Shown: positions 34,383 through 42,920 of the stretch, in pieces
Numbering within the stretch: position 1 is the first letter of the stretch
Layout: every line of letters begins with the position of its first letter
Source of the DNA: an uncultured Christensenella sp.
Lineage (GTDB): Bacteria > Bacillota > Clostridia > Christensenellales > Pumilibacteraceae
NCBI GenBank assembly: GCA_910579205.1
Contig: CAJTTD010000011.1
Location: forward strand, 4,417-68,416
Direction: 5' to 3'
DNA length: 64,000 bases
The notes under the pieces: generated by a model
The model's input: the letters and a program-made list of their open reading frames with translations, nothing else
Told to the model about the DNA's origin: nothing
Database searches by the model: none
Program-made: the position numbers and the translations under genes

Positions 34383-36173
34383 TCAGCACCAATTGATTTC
34401 GGTTATCAATTCTCCGTTTTTCCCGTTCGTTCGAGATGCCGCCGAAATATCGCAAGTGATCTTTATTTCGTCGCATAAGGCTTTCCCGCCGCTGCCGGGC
34501 GTTCCGTATGCGCCTCTGCTCGCAGTTGTATTTCCCAAGACCGACGCATTCCATCCGGAGGTATCGTTGTCATGCACACCGCCCGCCTTGCCTGTCTTGC
34601 CGCCGTTCCCGCCGACTAACGTAAGACTTCCGCTCGAATACGTCAAGACTGCGGCATTGACAGCGATACCGCCGTCGCCGCCATTGCCGCCGCGTCCGCC
34701 GACCACGTGCTTTTCGCCCTTTGTAAATTCCCTTCTATTACATTCGCTGGCATCGCCGCCGCTGCCGCCGTTGCCGCCCGCGATACGAACTTCGCCTAAA
34801 GATTCGCCGATAAATATAACGATATCGTCGGTTACTCTTACCCCGTCGCCGCCGTCGCCGCCGCGAAACCCGTTTCTGCCGTTACTGCCGTCGCCGCCGT
34901 TGTCGCCGATAGCGCGATTGTAAGCATTCCCGCCGTTGCCGCCGATAACTTCGAGCATATTTTCTCCTGCAAAGACGCTCAAGCTTGCCGCTATAATACC
35001 GTCGCCGCCGCGCCCGCCGTTTTCGACGCCGCTTTTGCCGTCCCCGCCGCGCACTCGCAACGGAGCTCTGCACATTATTTCAAGCGTATTATTTACTAAA
35101 TTTATAGCCGGCGCACCGTTTTCGCTCGTTCCGATATAATTATTTGTTCCTATCGTTTCTATTATTATTGTTCTGTCGCTCGTAGAAGTTACTGTACCCC
35201 AAGGAGAGTCGCCGATTATATTGGCGTTTTTCAAAATTATGTGAGCCGCGCTGTCAGAGCCGCCGCCTATGGAAATATTGATATTCTCATAGCTTGTTTC
35301 CGGATCGCCGTACAACAGCGCATTTGCGTTTTGACCGGAAAGCACGATCGTGCCCGATGCCGATCTCAGATCCACCGCCCGTCCCAATAACAGCGCCGAA
35401 TATTCGCCGTCGGATGTTATAGCTCCGCTCGCAACGCTTTCGCCGTCCGCAGTCCAACTGATAACGTCCAAGTCGCCGATTTTTAAACCCAATGCGGCGT
35501 CGGCGATATCCGTTCCGTACTCCACCGTAAGCTCCTCTATCAAGGTTTTGTCGTCGCCCGTACCGTTGAAAAACTTTACATTTAACTTTTCGTACCCGAC
35601 GTCGGCATAAAGCTTCACCTTATATCCGTCGCCTTGTTCATAATTGGAATGATCGAAGACTTTGTAATTTTGAGTAGCGCGCCCGTCGCCGTCCGCAATA
35701 AGATCGCCGCCGTTCGACGCCGTGCGCCATCCGTTGAATACTCTGTGAACGCCGACATTCAGTATAGGCAATGCCCCGAGTTCTTTACCGCTCTCTGCGC
35801 TTATTGCGCCGTCGCTCGACAATGTTCCTTCATCGTAACAAAATTCGAATTTGTACTCCCGTGCGACAAATCTGACGAAAAGCACAATGTCTTTGGCATC
35901 CAAAAACGGTCTTACGCTCCGTCCGTCCGCGTTTACGTATTTTGTCCCGTCGACCTCCGAATCGTACAAACCGTCAAATACATATCCGTCCTTAACGGGT
36001 ATTTCGGGTATTTCATACACGTCATCCAAGCGCACTTCTATTACATATTCGTTGTCGTATGCGTATCGAACAGTATAAACCTTATCCGCATCTTTATCTT
36101 TGCAACCCATCGATATAAAAGTCGATAGTGCGACTGCAAAAATAAAACCTAATACTATCCCAACTTTTTTCAT
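34383..36173 (-). CDS. Lipoprotein with Listeria-Bacteroides (Flg_new) repeats and a Gly-rich GGxGG beta-helix-like region
   Basis: ORF 34383..36236. Start set to ATG 36171-36173, with a GAGGAAAAA RBS. The lipobox is in MKKVGIVLGFIFAVALSTFISMGC. Supporting segments are VKDGYVFDGLYD and VFNGWRT, then GGDGKSG..GGRGGDG..GGNGGN..GGDGGDG..GGNGGSGG..GGRGGNGGDGG..GGNGGKTG. Confidence 0.75.
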   Translation of the reverse strand: MKKVGIVLGFIFAVALSTFISMGCKDKDADKVYTVRYAYDNEYVIEVRLDDVYEIPEIPVKDGYVFDGLYDSEVDGTKYVNADGRSVRPFLDAKDIVLFVRFVAREYKFEFCYDEGTLSSDGAISAESGKELGALPILNVGVHRVFNGWRTASNGGDLIADGDGRATQNYKVFDHSNYEQGDGYKVKLYADVGYEKLNVKFFNGTGDDKTLIEELTVEYGTDIADAALGLKIGDLDVISWTADGESVASGAITSDGEYSALLLGRAVDLRSASGTIVLSGQNANALLYGDPETSYENINISIGGGSDSAAHIILKNANIIGDSPWGTVTSTSDRTIIIETIGTNNYIGTSENGAPAINLVNNTLEIMCRAPLRVRGGDGKSGVENGGRGGDGIIAASLSVFAGENMLEVIGGNGGNAYNRAIGDNGGDGSNGRNGFRGGDGGDGVRVTDDIVIFIGESLGEVRIAGGNGGSGGDASECNRREFTKGEKHVVGGRGGNGGDGGIAVNAAVLTYSSGSLTLVGGNGGKTGKAGGVHDNDTSGWNASVLGNTTASRGAYGTPGSGGKALCDEIKITCDISAASRTNGKNGELITEINWC

Positions 36174-36203
36174 TTTTTCCTCGGTTGATTTTATATTATG
36201 AAT

Positions 36204-36232
36204 AATATAACAAACGAAAAAAGCCTTGTCAA
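36204..36232 (-). promoter_or_regulatory. Sigma-A promoter for the Gly-rich lipoprotein gene (and possibly the RiPP cluster)
   Basis: Minus strand reads TTGACA (36232-36227), a 17-nt spacer, then TATATT (36209-36204), about 30 nt upstream of ATG 36173. Confidence 0.55.
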
Positions 36233-36288
36233 GCAAATCACTACTGTAGCACAGATATAAGAGTGGTGATTTTTGCTAAACTAACAAT

Positions 36289-36537
36289 ATGAATCTAAAC
36301 CAATTTATATCGGAAAAGTTGGAAAAACTGCGCAAGGAAAAAGGCTTAGGCGTATACACACTATGCAACAAAGCGGCTATATCTTATGAAACGTACCGAA
36401 GCATACGCAAAAACCGCAACAAGGATATATATTTAAGAACTCTGCTTATTCTGCTCCAAACTCTTAACATTTCACCGAAAGAATTTTTCGACGATCCCGC
36501 GTTCACAGACGGCACTATAGATCTGGACTTTAAGTAA
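36289..36537 (+). CDS. XRE-family HTH transcriptional regulator
   Basis: The 82-aa product carries LRKEKGLGVYTLCNKAAISYETYRSIRKNR...TLLILLQTLNISPKEFF. It is divergent from the lipoprotein/RiPP operon. Confidence 0.75.
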   Translation: MNLNQFISEKLEKLRKEKGLGVYTLCNKAAISYETYRSIRKNRNKDIYLRTLLILLQTLNISPKEFFDDPAFTDGTIDLDFK

Positions 36538-36545
36538 AAATAAAT

Positions 36546-36622
36546 AAGGCGTCCGATATTTTCACATTCAAACGCCTTTTATATCTTCTATTTATTCGAG
36601 CGCGGTAGCCCGCGCTTTTATT
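36546..36622. terminator. Two tandem terminator hairpins between convergent genes
   Basis: The first hairpin pairs AAGGCGT (36546-36552) with ACGCCTT (36572-36578), followed by a T-run. The second pairs AGCGCGG (36599-36605) with CCGCGCT (36610-36616), followed by TTTTATT. Confidence 0.55.
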
Positions 36623-36651
36623 ACGCACTCAGAGTTGACTGCCACGCGATC

Positions 36652-36723
36652 GACCGAGCGCCGCGAAGCACGCAGTCCGTATGGCGACGCATATACGCCG
36701 TTTCAGTCGTTTGCGTGCTTGCC
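36652..36723. repeat. 72-nt direct repeat, copy 1
   Basis: By hand alignment, 68/72 nt match 36826-36897. It has internal 9-nt inverted arms, AAGCACGCA (36666-36674) and TGCGTGCTT (36712-36720). Confidence 0.75.
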
Positions 36724-36825
36724 GGCAAGCTGCTACATAATTATGCATGTATTTGAAACGGCGGAGATGCGAGCAAGACGGACAGCCGGCGACAAGGCGC
36801 GACGGGAGTGTAGACCACCCTACAT

Positions 36826-36897
36826 GACCGAGCGCCGCGAAGCACGCAGTCCATATTGCGACGCATATACGTCGTTTCAGTCGTTAGCGTGCTTGCC
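36826..36897. repeat. 72-nt direct repeat, copy 2 (overlaps the typA 3' end)
   Basis: It starts exactly 174 nt after copy 1. The typA stop codon (36877-36879) and the last ~17 codons of typA lie inside it. Confidence 0.75.
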
Positions 36898-38721
36898 TAA
36901 TCCTAATATCTTCGCCCGCTCTCTCATGCGTTCGGTCGCGTCGAGAGTGCGTTTTCTTATGCGCAAGCTCTTGGGCGTAACTTCGAGGATCTCGTCGTCC
37001 GCCAAAAATTCTATGCAGTCCTCCAGCGTCATGCGCATGGGCGTGATAAGCTTGAGCGCGTCGTCGCTGCCGCTGCTTCTGGTGTTGGTCAAATGCTTGC
37101 GCTTGCAGACGTTGACGACGATATCCTCGCCGCGCGGGTTGAGCCCCACTACCATGCCCGCATACACGGGAACGCCCGCGCCTATAAACAGCGTGCCGCG
37201 TTCTTGCGCGTTGAACAGTCCGTAAACAATGGAATCGCCTTGCTCGTGCGCGATGAGCGAGCCGAACTCGCGGCGGTTTATCTCGCCCTTATACGGCTCG
37301 TAACCGTCGAAAAGCGTAGACATTATCCCTTCGCCTTTGGTGTCGGTCAACAGTTCGCTCTGATACCCGAACAGTCCGCGCTCAGGCACTTTGAAGTTCA
37401 TTCTTATACGGCTGCCGTGCGGCGACATGTCTATGAGTTCGCCCTTTCTCGAACCCATTTTGTTCATGACCGTGCCTACGCAGTTTTCGGGTACGTCTAT
37501 GAACACGCGATCTATAGGCTCGCACTTTTTGCCGTCGATATTTTTTATAAGCACCTTGGGCATAGACACGGCAAACTCGTATCCGTCGCGGCGCATTGTC
37601 TCTATCAGTATAGACAAGTGCATTTCGCCCCGCCCGCACACGACAAAGCTTTCGGCGGTCGCGCCGTCGGACACGCGAAGCGACAGATCTTTTACCGCTT
37701 CCTTGTACAGTCTGTCGCGCAGATGTCGGCTCGTTACGTACTTGCCTTCTTTGCCCGCAAGCGGCGAGTCGTTCACTTGGAACGTCATTTCCACGCTCGG
37801 TTCGGCTATCTTTACAAATTCTATTGGCGAAGTATCCGCTTCCGAACAAACGGTATCGCCTATCATGACCCCGTCAATGCCCGATACGCACACTATGTCG
37901 CCCACATCGGCGTTTTGCACGGGAACGCGCTTTATTCCGTCGTAAGTGAATATGCTCACTACTTTGCTCTTGACCGATTTGCTCTCGTCGTGGTAATTGG
38001 TAAGCACCACGTTGTCGCCCACCGACAGTCTGCCGCTGTCTATCCTGCCTACGGCGAGCTTGCCCACATAGTCGTTATGCTCTGCGGACGACACGAGCAT
38101 TTTGAACGGCGCGTCCGCAGCCCCTTTCGGCGCGGAGATGTGCTCGATAATAGTCTGGAACAGCGGTTGCATGTTTCTGCCGCGATCGTTTATATTGCGC
38201 GACGCAACGCCCGCGCGCGCCGAAGCAAACACGAACGGACTGTTGAGCTGATCCTCGCTCGCGTCGAGATCCAAAAACAGCTCGAGTATCTCGTCCACCA
38301 CTTCTTTGAGCCGCGCGTCCGGTCTGTCCGTCTTGTTTACGACTACTATTATCTTAAGCCCGAGCGCAAGCGCGCGTTCCAAAACGAACCGCGTTTGCGG
38401 CATGGGACCTTCGAACGCGTCCACCACGAGCAGCGCGCCGTCTACCATTTTCAGTACGCGCTCCACCTCGCCGCCGAAGTCGGCATGCCCCGGGGTATCC
38501 ACTATGTTTATCTTGAACCCGTCGTATACGCACGATGCGTTTTTACTGAGTATGGTTATACCGCGTTCGCGTTCGAGCGCGTTGGAATCCATTACTCGGT
38601 CTACGACCGATTGATTGTCTCTAAAGACATTGCCTTGCTTTAACAGCTCGTTTACGAGCGATGTTTTTCCGTGGTCTACGTGCGCGATTATCGCCACGTT
38701 TCTGATTTTTTCTTGTTCCAT
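36877..38721 (-). CDS. typA: Translational GTPase TypA/BipA
   Basis: ORF 36877..38760 starts at TTG. I prefer ATG 38719-38721 ([23 protein letters not shown]). [12 protein letters not shown] and NKTD are the G-motifs. The length and C-terminal domain are typical of BipA. Confidence 0.9.
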   Translation of the reverse strand: MEQEKIRNVAIIAHVDHGKTSLVNELLKQGNVFRDNQSVVDRVMDSNALERERGITILSKNASCVYDGFKINIVDTPGHADFGGEVERVLKMVDGALLVVDAFEGPMPQTRFVLERALALGLKIIVVVNKTDRPDARLKEVVDEILELFLDLDASEDQLNSPFVFASARAGVASRNINDRGRNMQPLFQTIIEHISAPKGAADAPFKMLVSSAEHNDYVGKLAVGRIDSGRLSVGDNVVLTNYHDESKSVKSKVVSIFTYDGIKRVPVQNADVGDIVCVSGIDGVMIGDTVCSEADTSPIEFVKIAEPSVEMTFQVNDSPLAGKEGKYVTSRHLRDRLYKEAVKDLSLRVSDGATAESFVVCGRGEMHLSILIETMRRDGYEFAVSMPKVLIKNIDGKKCEPIDRVFIDVPENCVGTVMNKMGSRKGELIDMSPHGSRIRMNFKVPERGLFGYQSELLTDTKGEGIMSTLFDGYEPYKGEINRREFGSLIAHEQGDSIVYGLFNAQERGTLFIGAGVPVYAGMVVGLNPRGEDIVVNVCKRKHLTNTRSSGSDDALKLITPMRMTLEDCIEFLADDEILEVTPKSLRIRKRTLDATERMRERAKILGLGKHAND

Positions 38722-38766
38722 ATATGCTTTATAATGAGGAGAAATTTTGCCGCGCGTCAAGCCGCG

Positions 38767-40416
38767 TTATGCTTTTAACAGTTTGTTCACCGCGCCTACG
38801 AGCGCTTTGATAGAAGCGGTCATTATGTCGGGATCTACGCCCACCGCGTATACCGTGCTGTCGCCGTGCTTTAGCCCGACGTACGCCGCGGCGTTTGATT
38901 TAGACCCCGTTTCGAGCGCGTGTTCGCTGTACAACACCGTCGTAAAGTCCACGCCGTGCGCGCGCTTGAGCGCAGACACCGCCGCATTGAACTGACCGTT
39001 GCCGTTGCCTATTATTATAGTATCCTTGCCGTTGTTGTTTATCCGCAAAGACAAAAGCACCTCTTCCTCGCTCTTATCGAAAGAAAACGATGTAAGCGAC
39101 AGCGGCGAGTTCACGTCTATGTACTCCTTTTTGAATATCTCCGCCACTTCGTCGGGTTTTAGCTCTTTGTGCTTTCTGTCGGATACGTTTTTGACTTTAT
39201 ATCCTATATCCTCGCGCATCGCTTTGGGAATGACAAAACCGTACTTCTGCTCGAGAACGTACGCTATGCCGCCCTTGCCCGACTGCGAATTTATGCGTAT
39301 GACGTCGCCGTCGTAGTTGCGACCTATGTCCGACGGATCGATGGGGAGATATGGCATATCCCACTTGGCGTCGCTGTGTTCCGCGCGATACTTCGTACCC
39401 TTTGCGATAGCGTCTTGATGCGAGCCGGAAAACGCGGTAAACACGAGCGATCCCGCATACGGGGAGCGCGGCGGCACTTTCATGCCCGTCAATTTTTGGT
39501 ATACCGCTATGGTCTCGTTAAGATCGGAAAGATCGAGCAGCGGATCTACGCCGTGCGAGTACATGTTGAGGGCGAGCGTTATTATATCCACATTGCCCGT
39601 TCTCTCGCCGTTGCCGAACAGAGTGCCTTCCACACGTTCCGCGCCCGCGAGTAGAGCAAGCTCCGCATCGGCAACGCCCGTACCGCGATCGTTGTGCGGA
39701 TGGGTGGATATAATTATCGAGTCGGCGCGCTTAAGGTGCTTTTTAACGTATTCCACTTGACAAGCGTACACGTGCGGGAGCGACGTTTCCACCGTTACTG
39801 GGAGATTTATAATAAGCTTATTGCTCGGCGTGGGCTTTATCACGTCCGCCACGGCGTTGCATATTTCTACCGCAAACTCGGGTTCTGTGCCCGTAAACGA
39901 TTCGGGCGAGTATTCGTAAGCGAACCCGCCGCCCGCGCTCACTATCATCTTAGCCGCATCGACGGCGATATCCACAATTTTTTCTTGCGACAGCTTAAAC
40001 ACTTGCTCGCGCTGCGGTTTGGACGTGGAGTTGTAAAAATGCACTATAGCGTGTTTTACTCCGTCCAACGCCTTGAGCGTTTTGGAGATTATATGTTCGC
40101 GGCACTGCGTCAAGACCTGGACAGTTACGTCGTCGGGGATAAGCCCGCCGTCTATCAGTTTGCGCATGAACGCATATTCGGTCTCGCTCGCCGCGGGAAA
40201 TCCCACTTCTATCTGCTTAAAGCCTATCTTTACCAAATATTTAAAGAACTCTACTTTCTCGTCGAGTTCCATAGGCGTTACGAGCGCTTGATTGCCGTCG
40301 CGCAGATCCACGCTGCACCAAACGGGCGGCGCGGTAATGCGGTCGCGTTTTACCCAGTCGTAACGATCCTCGGGAGGAAGAAAATAGTTCGCTTTATATT
40401 TATCGGCAAATTTCAT
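38767..40416 (-). CDS. leuA: 2-isopropylmalate synthase, long (type 2) form
   Basis: Supporting motifs are WCSVDLRDGNQAL, GFKQIEVGFPAAS and HPHNDRGTGVA. The C-terminal regulatory domain is present. Confidence 0.9.
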   Translation of the reverse strand: MKFADKYKANYFLPPEDRYDWVKRDRITAPPVWCSVDLRDGNQALVTPMELDEKVEFFKYLVKIGFKQIEVGFPAASETEYAFMRKLIDGGLIPDDVTVQVLTQCREHIISKTLKALDGVKHAIVHFYNSTSKPQREQVFKLSQEKIVDIAVDAAKMIVSAGGGFAYEYSPESFTGTEPEFAVEICNAVADVIKPTPSNKLIINLPVTVETSLPHVYACQVEYVKKHLKRADSIIISTHPHNDRGTGVADAELALLAGAERVEGTLFGNGERTGNVDIITLALNMYSHGVDPLLDLSDLNETIAVYQKLTGMKVPPRSPYAGSLVFTAFSGSHQDAIAKGTKYRAEHSDAKWDMPYLPIDPSDIGRNYDGDVIRINSQSGKGGIAYVLEQKYGFVIPKAMREDIGYKVKNVSDRKHKELKPDEVAEIFKKEYIDVNSPLSLTSFSFDKSEEEVLLSLRINNNGKDTIIIGNGNGQFNAAVSALKRAHGVDFTTVLYSEHALETGSKSNAAAYVGLKHGDSTVYAVGVDPDIMTASIKALVGAVNKLLKA

Positions 40417-40422
40417 AATATC

Positions 40423-40451
40423 ATAATATTACATTTGCGAAAAATTGTCAA
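40423..40451 (-). promoter_or_regulatory. Promoter placed for a leaderless leuA transcript
   Basis: Minus strand reads TTGACA (40451-40446), a 17-nt spacer, then TATTAT (40428-40423), then exactly 6 nt before ATG 40416. No SD sequence is present. Confidence 0.45.
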
Positions 40452-40498
40452 ACGATTGAGCACCGCGCAAAACGCTCCGCCCGTCAATGCGTTAAGCT

Positions 40499-42751
40499 TT
40501 ATGCCGCACTCCGCGCACGCTTGTATGCGCGCTTTTTGGGCGCGTCGAACAGTCTGAAAGCGATGACCGTCATGTCGTCCCGCGGCGTGCCGCCGCTGAG
40601 ATCGAGCGCGCGTTGCAATATTTTGCCCGACACCGTTTCGGGATTGTACGCCGTCAGCCCGTTGATGAATTCGGGCAGTTCGTCGCCCGAAAAACAATCG
40701 CTCACGCCATCGGTAACGAGTATTAGCATTTGCCCGGGATACAGCCGCTTTGCCGTGGAGTACGGGCGCATTTCGTCGAGCACGCCTATGGGCAGCGAGC
40801 TGCCTTCTATCTTGAGCACAGTATCCGCCGTTTTTATGTAGCACGGCGGCGCGCCTATCTTTATTATATCGACGTTAGCCGTTTCGAGATCGCAAATAAC
40901 TACGTCGGCTGCGGAATAGCTCTCGTTGTTGGGCAGCTTCATAAATCTGTTCACGCCCGTAAGTGCCGAACGCGAATCGAACCCCGCTTTGTAAAAACAT
41001 TCTATAAGCTCGACCGCCGCGTCCGAACCCATGCCCGCGGCCGCGCCCGAACCCATGCCGTCGAGGAGCGCGACCAAAAATTTATCGTCTATGCGCTCGA
41101 AAGTATAGCTGTCGCCGCTCACTCCCGACTTTGCCGTGCCCGCACGCGCGTACGCCGCTTCAAACGCGGGGCGACGCTTGAGCGTAGCTATGCTCCAGCC
41201 CGCGGCTTGCGACTTTTCGAGCGACGTAACGGCGCAGTCGCACTTTAAGCAAGCGGACACCGCGCGGCGTATCGCCTCGCGCTTTGCCGTGGACGTGCGC
41301 ACCACTGCGGTAACGCCGTCGCGGGTAACAAACACTTCCGCGCACTCCACGCCCGCATTGGACAGCTCGGTCGCTATGCGCTCCTCAGCCGTGCCGTCAA
41401 ACCCCACGGGCGACGCTTGGCTCGCGCCGAGATCGGTAAGTACGTCTTTTACCGCGGCGAGCCGTTCTGTTATGACCGCTCGCGCCTTTTCGTCGCTCTC
41501 GGCGGCACGCTCGCGCTCTTTCGCGGCAGCGGCGATGTCCGCCGAATATCCCAAAACCTCTGTCGCGCGCACGCACTCTTTGGAAAAAAAGTCGGGAAGC
41601 TCCGCTATAACGGGTCTGCCCGAACACGCGCTTTCCGCGACCGAAGCAAAAGCCTCGCCCGCCCGCGCCTTGTCGCACAACGCGTTGTTTTTGCAGTACG
41701 GGCATATCTTATCGGACAGCGACATGCCGAGCGCGGCATAGTCTGGACGCGCGTCGGGAAACGCGTTCATGAGCCGCGCCGTCTCGTCGAACACAGTAGC
41801 CACGGCAAGCATGCGGTTGCCCGCGTCCGCCTTGGATCTGTTGATATAGTGTCTGACCGCGAGCCGCGCCGACCCGTCGAAGTCGAAATACGCGCCGAGC
41901 GCCTTTACCGTGCGCTTGGGCACTATGCAAAACATAACGCCGCCCGCAAACATCATCGACGAGCCGTATCCTACCGTTATAGGCTCTATCGCAAACAGTA
42001 TGCTCGCCGCGGCAAACACGCCTATGCCCGCTGCGGCATAAAGCGGGCGCGGGAGCGTGCGGAATACGACGGTCGCCCCGACGCACAGACAAAAAGCGAG
42101 CGCAGTCTCCACTCCCGCCGATACCGCCAGCCCGAAAGATACGGCTATCCCGCCCGCGAGCGCGGGCTTAACGCCCGCCACGTTTAGCATGAGCGCTACA
42201 AAATACAACAGAGCAAGCCCGACTGTAAAACCGTATACAGTCGCGCCGCCGAGCGACAGTCCGAACACGACAAGCGCTACACAAACAGCCGCCGCGTCCG
42301 CCGCGCCCAATCTGAACGAAAACTTGTGTAAAGCCGCATACGCCGTGCGCCGCGCAAAAAAGTAAAACACCAGACCTATCGCGCCCGAAAGCGCGCATTC
42401 GACTGCGGGACGAAACAATACGGAAAGCGCGGCATGCGCGATAATAGCCCCGACCGAAAAAATCATCTTTGCCTTTTCCCGCCCGAACTTAGCTATCTTC
42501 AAGCCCAAAAACCAGCGCAGCGCGGCTAAAAATATCACCGCGCCCGCGAGATACAGCCGCCACAGCTCGAACGAAAACAGAAACTCGCACAGCAAATACA
42601 ACGGCGCAGTAAATCCGATAAACACGCCGTCAAGCGACAAAAACATGGGCGCGCCGAACGGCATTATCCCGTACGCGCGACCGCCGCAACACACGGCTAT
42701 AAGCACCGCCGACGACAGCAGTTCGACGGGGCGTTTGATCCTTTTTCTCAT
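40499..42751 (-). CDS. spoIIE: Stage II sporulation protein E (polytopic membrane PP2C phosphatase)
   Basis: ORF 40499..42874. Start set to ATG 42749-42751 (MRKRIKRP). The protein has about 10 TM helices, a central domain and a C-terminal PP2C domain (GVSGDSYTF...LLDGMGSGAAAG...LVTDGVSD). Confidence 0.85.
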   Translation of the reverse strand: MRKRIKRPVELLSSAVLIAVCCGGRAYGIMPFGAPMFLSLDGVFIGFTAPLYLLCEFLFSFELWRLYLAGAVIFLAALRWFLGLKIAKFGREKAKMIFSVGAIIAHAALSVLFRPAVECALSGAIGLVFYFFARRTAYAALHKFSFRLGAADAAAVCVALVVFGLSLGGATVYGFTVGLALLYFVALMLNVAGVKPALAGGIAVSFGLAVSAGVETALAFCLCVGATVVFRTLPRPLYAAAGIGVFAAASILFAIEPITVGYGSSMMFAGGVMFCIVPKRTVKALGAYFDFDGSARLAVRHYINRSKADAGNRMLAVATVFDETARLMNAFPDARPDYAALGMSLSDKICPYCKNNALCDKARAGEAFASVAESACSGRPVIAELPDFFSKECVRATEVLGYSADIAAAAKERERAAESDEKARAVITERLAAVKDVLTDLGASQASPVGFDGTAEERIATELSNAGVECAEVFVTRDGVTAVVRTSTAKREAIRRAVSACLKCDCAVTSLEKSQAAGWSIATLKRRPAFEAAYARAGTAKSGVSGDSYTFERIDDKFLVALLDGMGSGAAAGMGSDAAVELIECFYKAGFDSRSALTGVNRFMKLPNNESYSAADVVICDLETANVDIIKIGAPPCYIKTADTVLKIEGSSLPIGVLDEMRPYSTAKRLYPGQMLILVTDGVSDCFSGDELPEFINGLTAYNPETVSGKILQRALDLSGGTPRDDMTVIAFRLFDAPKKRAYKRARSAA

Positions 42752-42827
42752 ATGTAGTTTTATACCATACGCCGCATAGTCTATTTCGTCGTGATTTGAC
42801 GATAAACGGCAATTACGGTCATAACGC

Positions 42828-42858
42828 AAAAAAAGGACGCGGCGCGCCCTTTTCTTTT
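42828..42858. terminator. Bidirectional intrinsic terminator after the GH36 gene
   Basis: An A-run at 42828-42834 precedes the hairpin GGACGC-GGC-GCGCCC (42835-42849), which is followed by TTTTCTTTT. Confidence 0.6.
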
Positions 42859-42920
42859 CATTTATATTATACATACTGGCGTTCCGACAACATGCTCGCC
42901 CGACCGCCCGCTCGGCTATA

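Noticed and set aside
36652-36897. Possible CRISPR array (repeat-spacer-repeat).
   Set aside because: There are only two copies. The repeats are 72 nt long and imperfect (68/72), the spacer is 102 nt, no cas genes are present, and one copy lies inside a coding region. It is better described as a REP/MITE-like duplication.
36635-37225. A 196-aa plus-strand ORF covering both 72-nt repeats and running into typA.
   Set aside because: It exists only because the two repeat copies are offset by 174 nt, a multiple of 3. It has a TTG-type start with no RBS, an Arg-rich sequence, and overlaps typA in antisense.
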